Shown: one piece after another, positions 63,257-64,000 of the stretch
Position numbering within the stretch: position 1 is the first letter of the stretch
Layout: every line of letters starts with the position of its first letter
Assembly (NCBI RefSeq): GCF_003334255.1
Contig: NZ_QOWU01000014.1
DNA length: 64,000 nt
Source: Escherichia coli
GTDB taxonomy: Bacteria; Pseudomonadota; Gammaproteobacteria; Enterobacterales; Enterobacteriaceae
Strand: one strand, 5' to 3'
The notes under the pieces: generated by a model
What the model was told of the DNA's origin: nothing
Seen by the model: the letters and a program-made list of their open reading frames with translations, nothing else
Database searches by the model: none
Translations under genes and position numbers: made by a program

Positions 63257-64000
63257 CTATCTTTTTTTATCGTTTGACTGTCTGGAGTGACGACAATTCC
63301 AGGCTTTCTGTGTGCTTTTTGCATCTTTAGCACTAATATCACCACAATCAATTAGTTCCTGAAGTACGTCACATCTGTCGGGTTTTTTCCCATCACTCCA
63401 GAATCTGTCATTTATTATGTCATTGACACGATCAGTTATCCCTGTGTCTGCAACATTTCCACGAGAAGCTATCATTGTTATATCTAATGCTAGTCCCGGA
63501 TTATTCAATATTAGAGAGTCAAATATTCTTTGTGATGCTGTATCGTTCCACCATTTTGTCAATGCTTTTGCAGCATTATCATCTGCTTGCTGCTGTGCAG
63601 GGCTTTTGGGCCATGGAATTGGCAAGGGGAATGGTCTAGGAAAAACTTCTAACCCCAGAGGATCTGTATTCGTAACTGGATTCAACGGATACTGATAAAA
63701 ATTCCATCCCCCCTTCAGCCCAATCGGATCCTGAGTGATATACCGCCCCTGCAGCGGGTCATAATAGCGGTGGCGGTTGTAATACAGGCCGGACTCCTCA
63801 TCATACTGCTGCCCCGGCAGGCGGATAAGCTGCTGCAGCTGATGCGGGTTCTCTTCATTCAGCAGGTTGCCCCATTCATCGTATTCTGCGCACCATTCTG
63901 TTGTCCCTTCCTTGCTGATAAGGGCCAGCGGCAGGCCGCGATGGTCGCAGTGGTACAGGTGGATTTTTCGCGCCGGCGTGTACACCGGGTCCATCTGGTT
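63257..64000 (-). CDS. rhsA: 3' end of main rhs gene (core end plus C-terminal toxin tip), partial at window edge
   Basis: frame open to window end; encodes ...[26 protein letters not shown]...[39 protein letters not shown] then about 130-aa variable tail; gene symbol by synteny only. Confidence 0.75.
   Translation of the reverse strand, partial: NQMDPVYTPARKIHLYHCDHRGLPLALISKEGTTEWCAEYDEWGNLLNEENPHQLQQLIRLPGQQYDEESGLYYNRHRYYDPLQGRYITQDPIGLKGGWNFYQYPLNPVTNTDPLGLEVFPRPFPLPIPWPKSPAQQQADDNAAKALTKWWNDTASQRIFDSLILNNPGLALDITMIASRGNVADTGITDRVNDIINDRFWSDGKKPDRCDVLQELIDCGDISAKDAKSTQKAWNCRHSRQSNDKKR

Overview
This window reads as an Escherichia coli / Shigella-type chromosomal segment, in reverse orientation relative to the K-12 map, running yicI' - yicH - xanP - gltS - recG/trmH/spoT/rpoZ - gmk - ligB - yicG - dinD - yicC - rph/pyrE - slmA/dut/coaBC - radC - rpmB/rpmG/mutM - coaD/waaA - waaQ operon - waaL/waaC/waaF/hldD - htrL - kbl/tdh - waaH - yibQ/envC/gpmI - yibN/grxC/secB/gpsA/cysE - trmL - lldDRP - yibL - yibT - mtlRDA - yibI/yibH - rhs tail. 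All gene calls come from the supplied ORF track plus my recall of protein families; no database search was run. Most of the window is conserved housekeeping genome. Two parts are accessory and AT-rich by eye: (1) the LPS outer-core block waaI-waaY-waaJ-waaD-waaL, whose gene order matches the R3 core type rather than K-12, and (2) the 3' tail of an Rhs polymorphic-toxin locus (about 59.8-64.0 kb) with a main toxin tip plus immunity gene, an orphan toxin tip plus a Sel1-repeat immunity candidate carrying a signal peptide, and a decayed third module. The Rhs tail is the most interesting region, but its architecture is the established Rhs orphan-module pattern; only the specific toxin and immunity domains look uncharacterised. 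I found no CRISPR array, tRNA/rRNA gene, transposase, integrase or prophage, and nothing I can call a previously undescribed system. Coordinates of non-coding features were read by hand and may be off by 1-2 bp.
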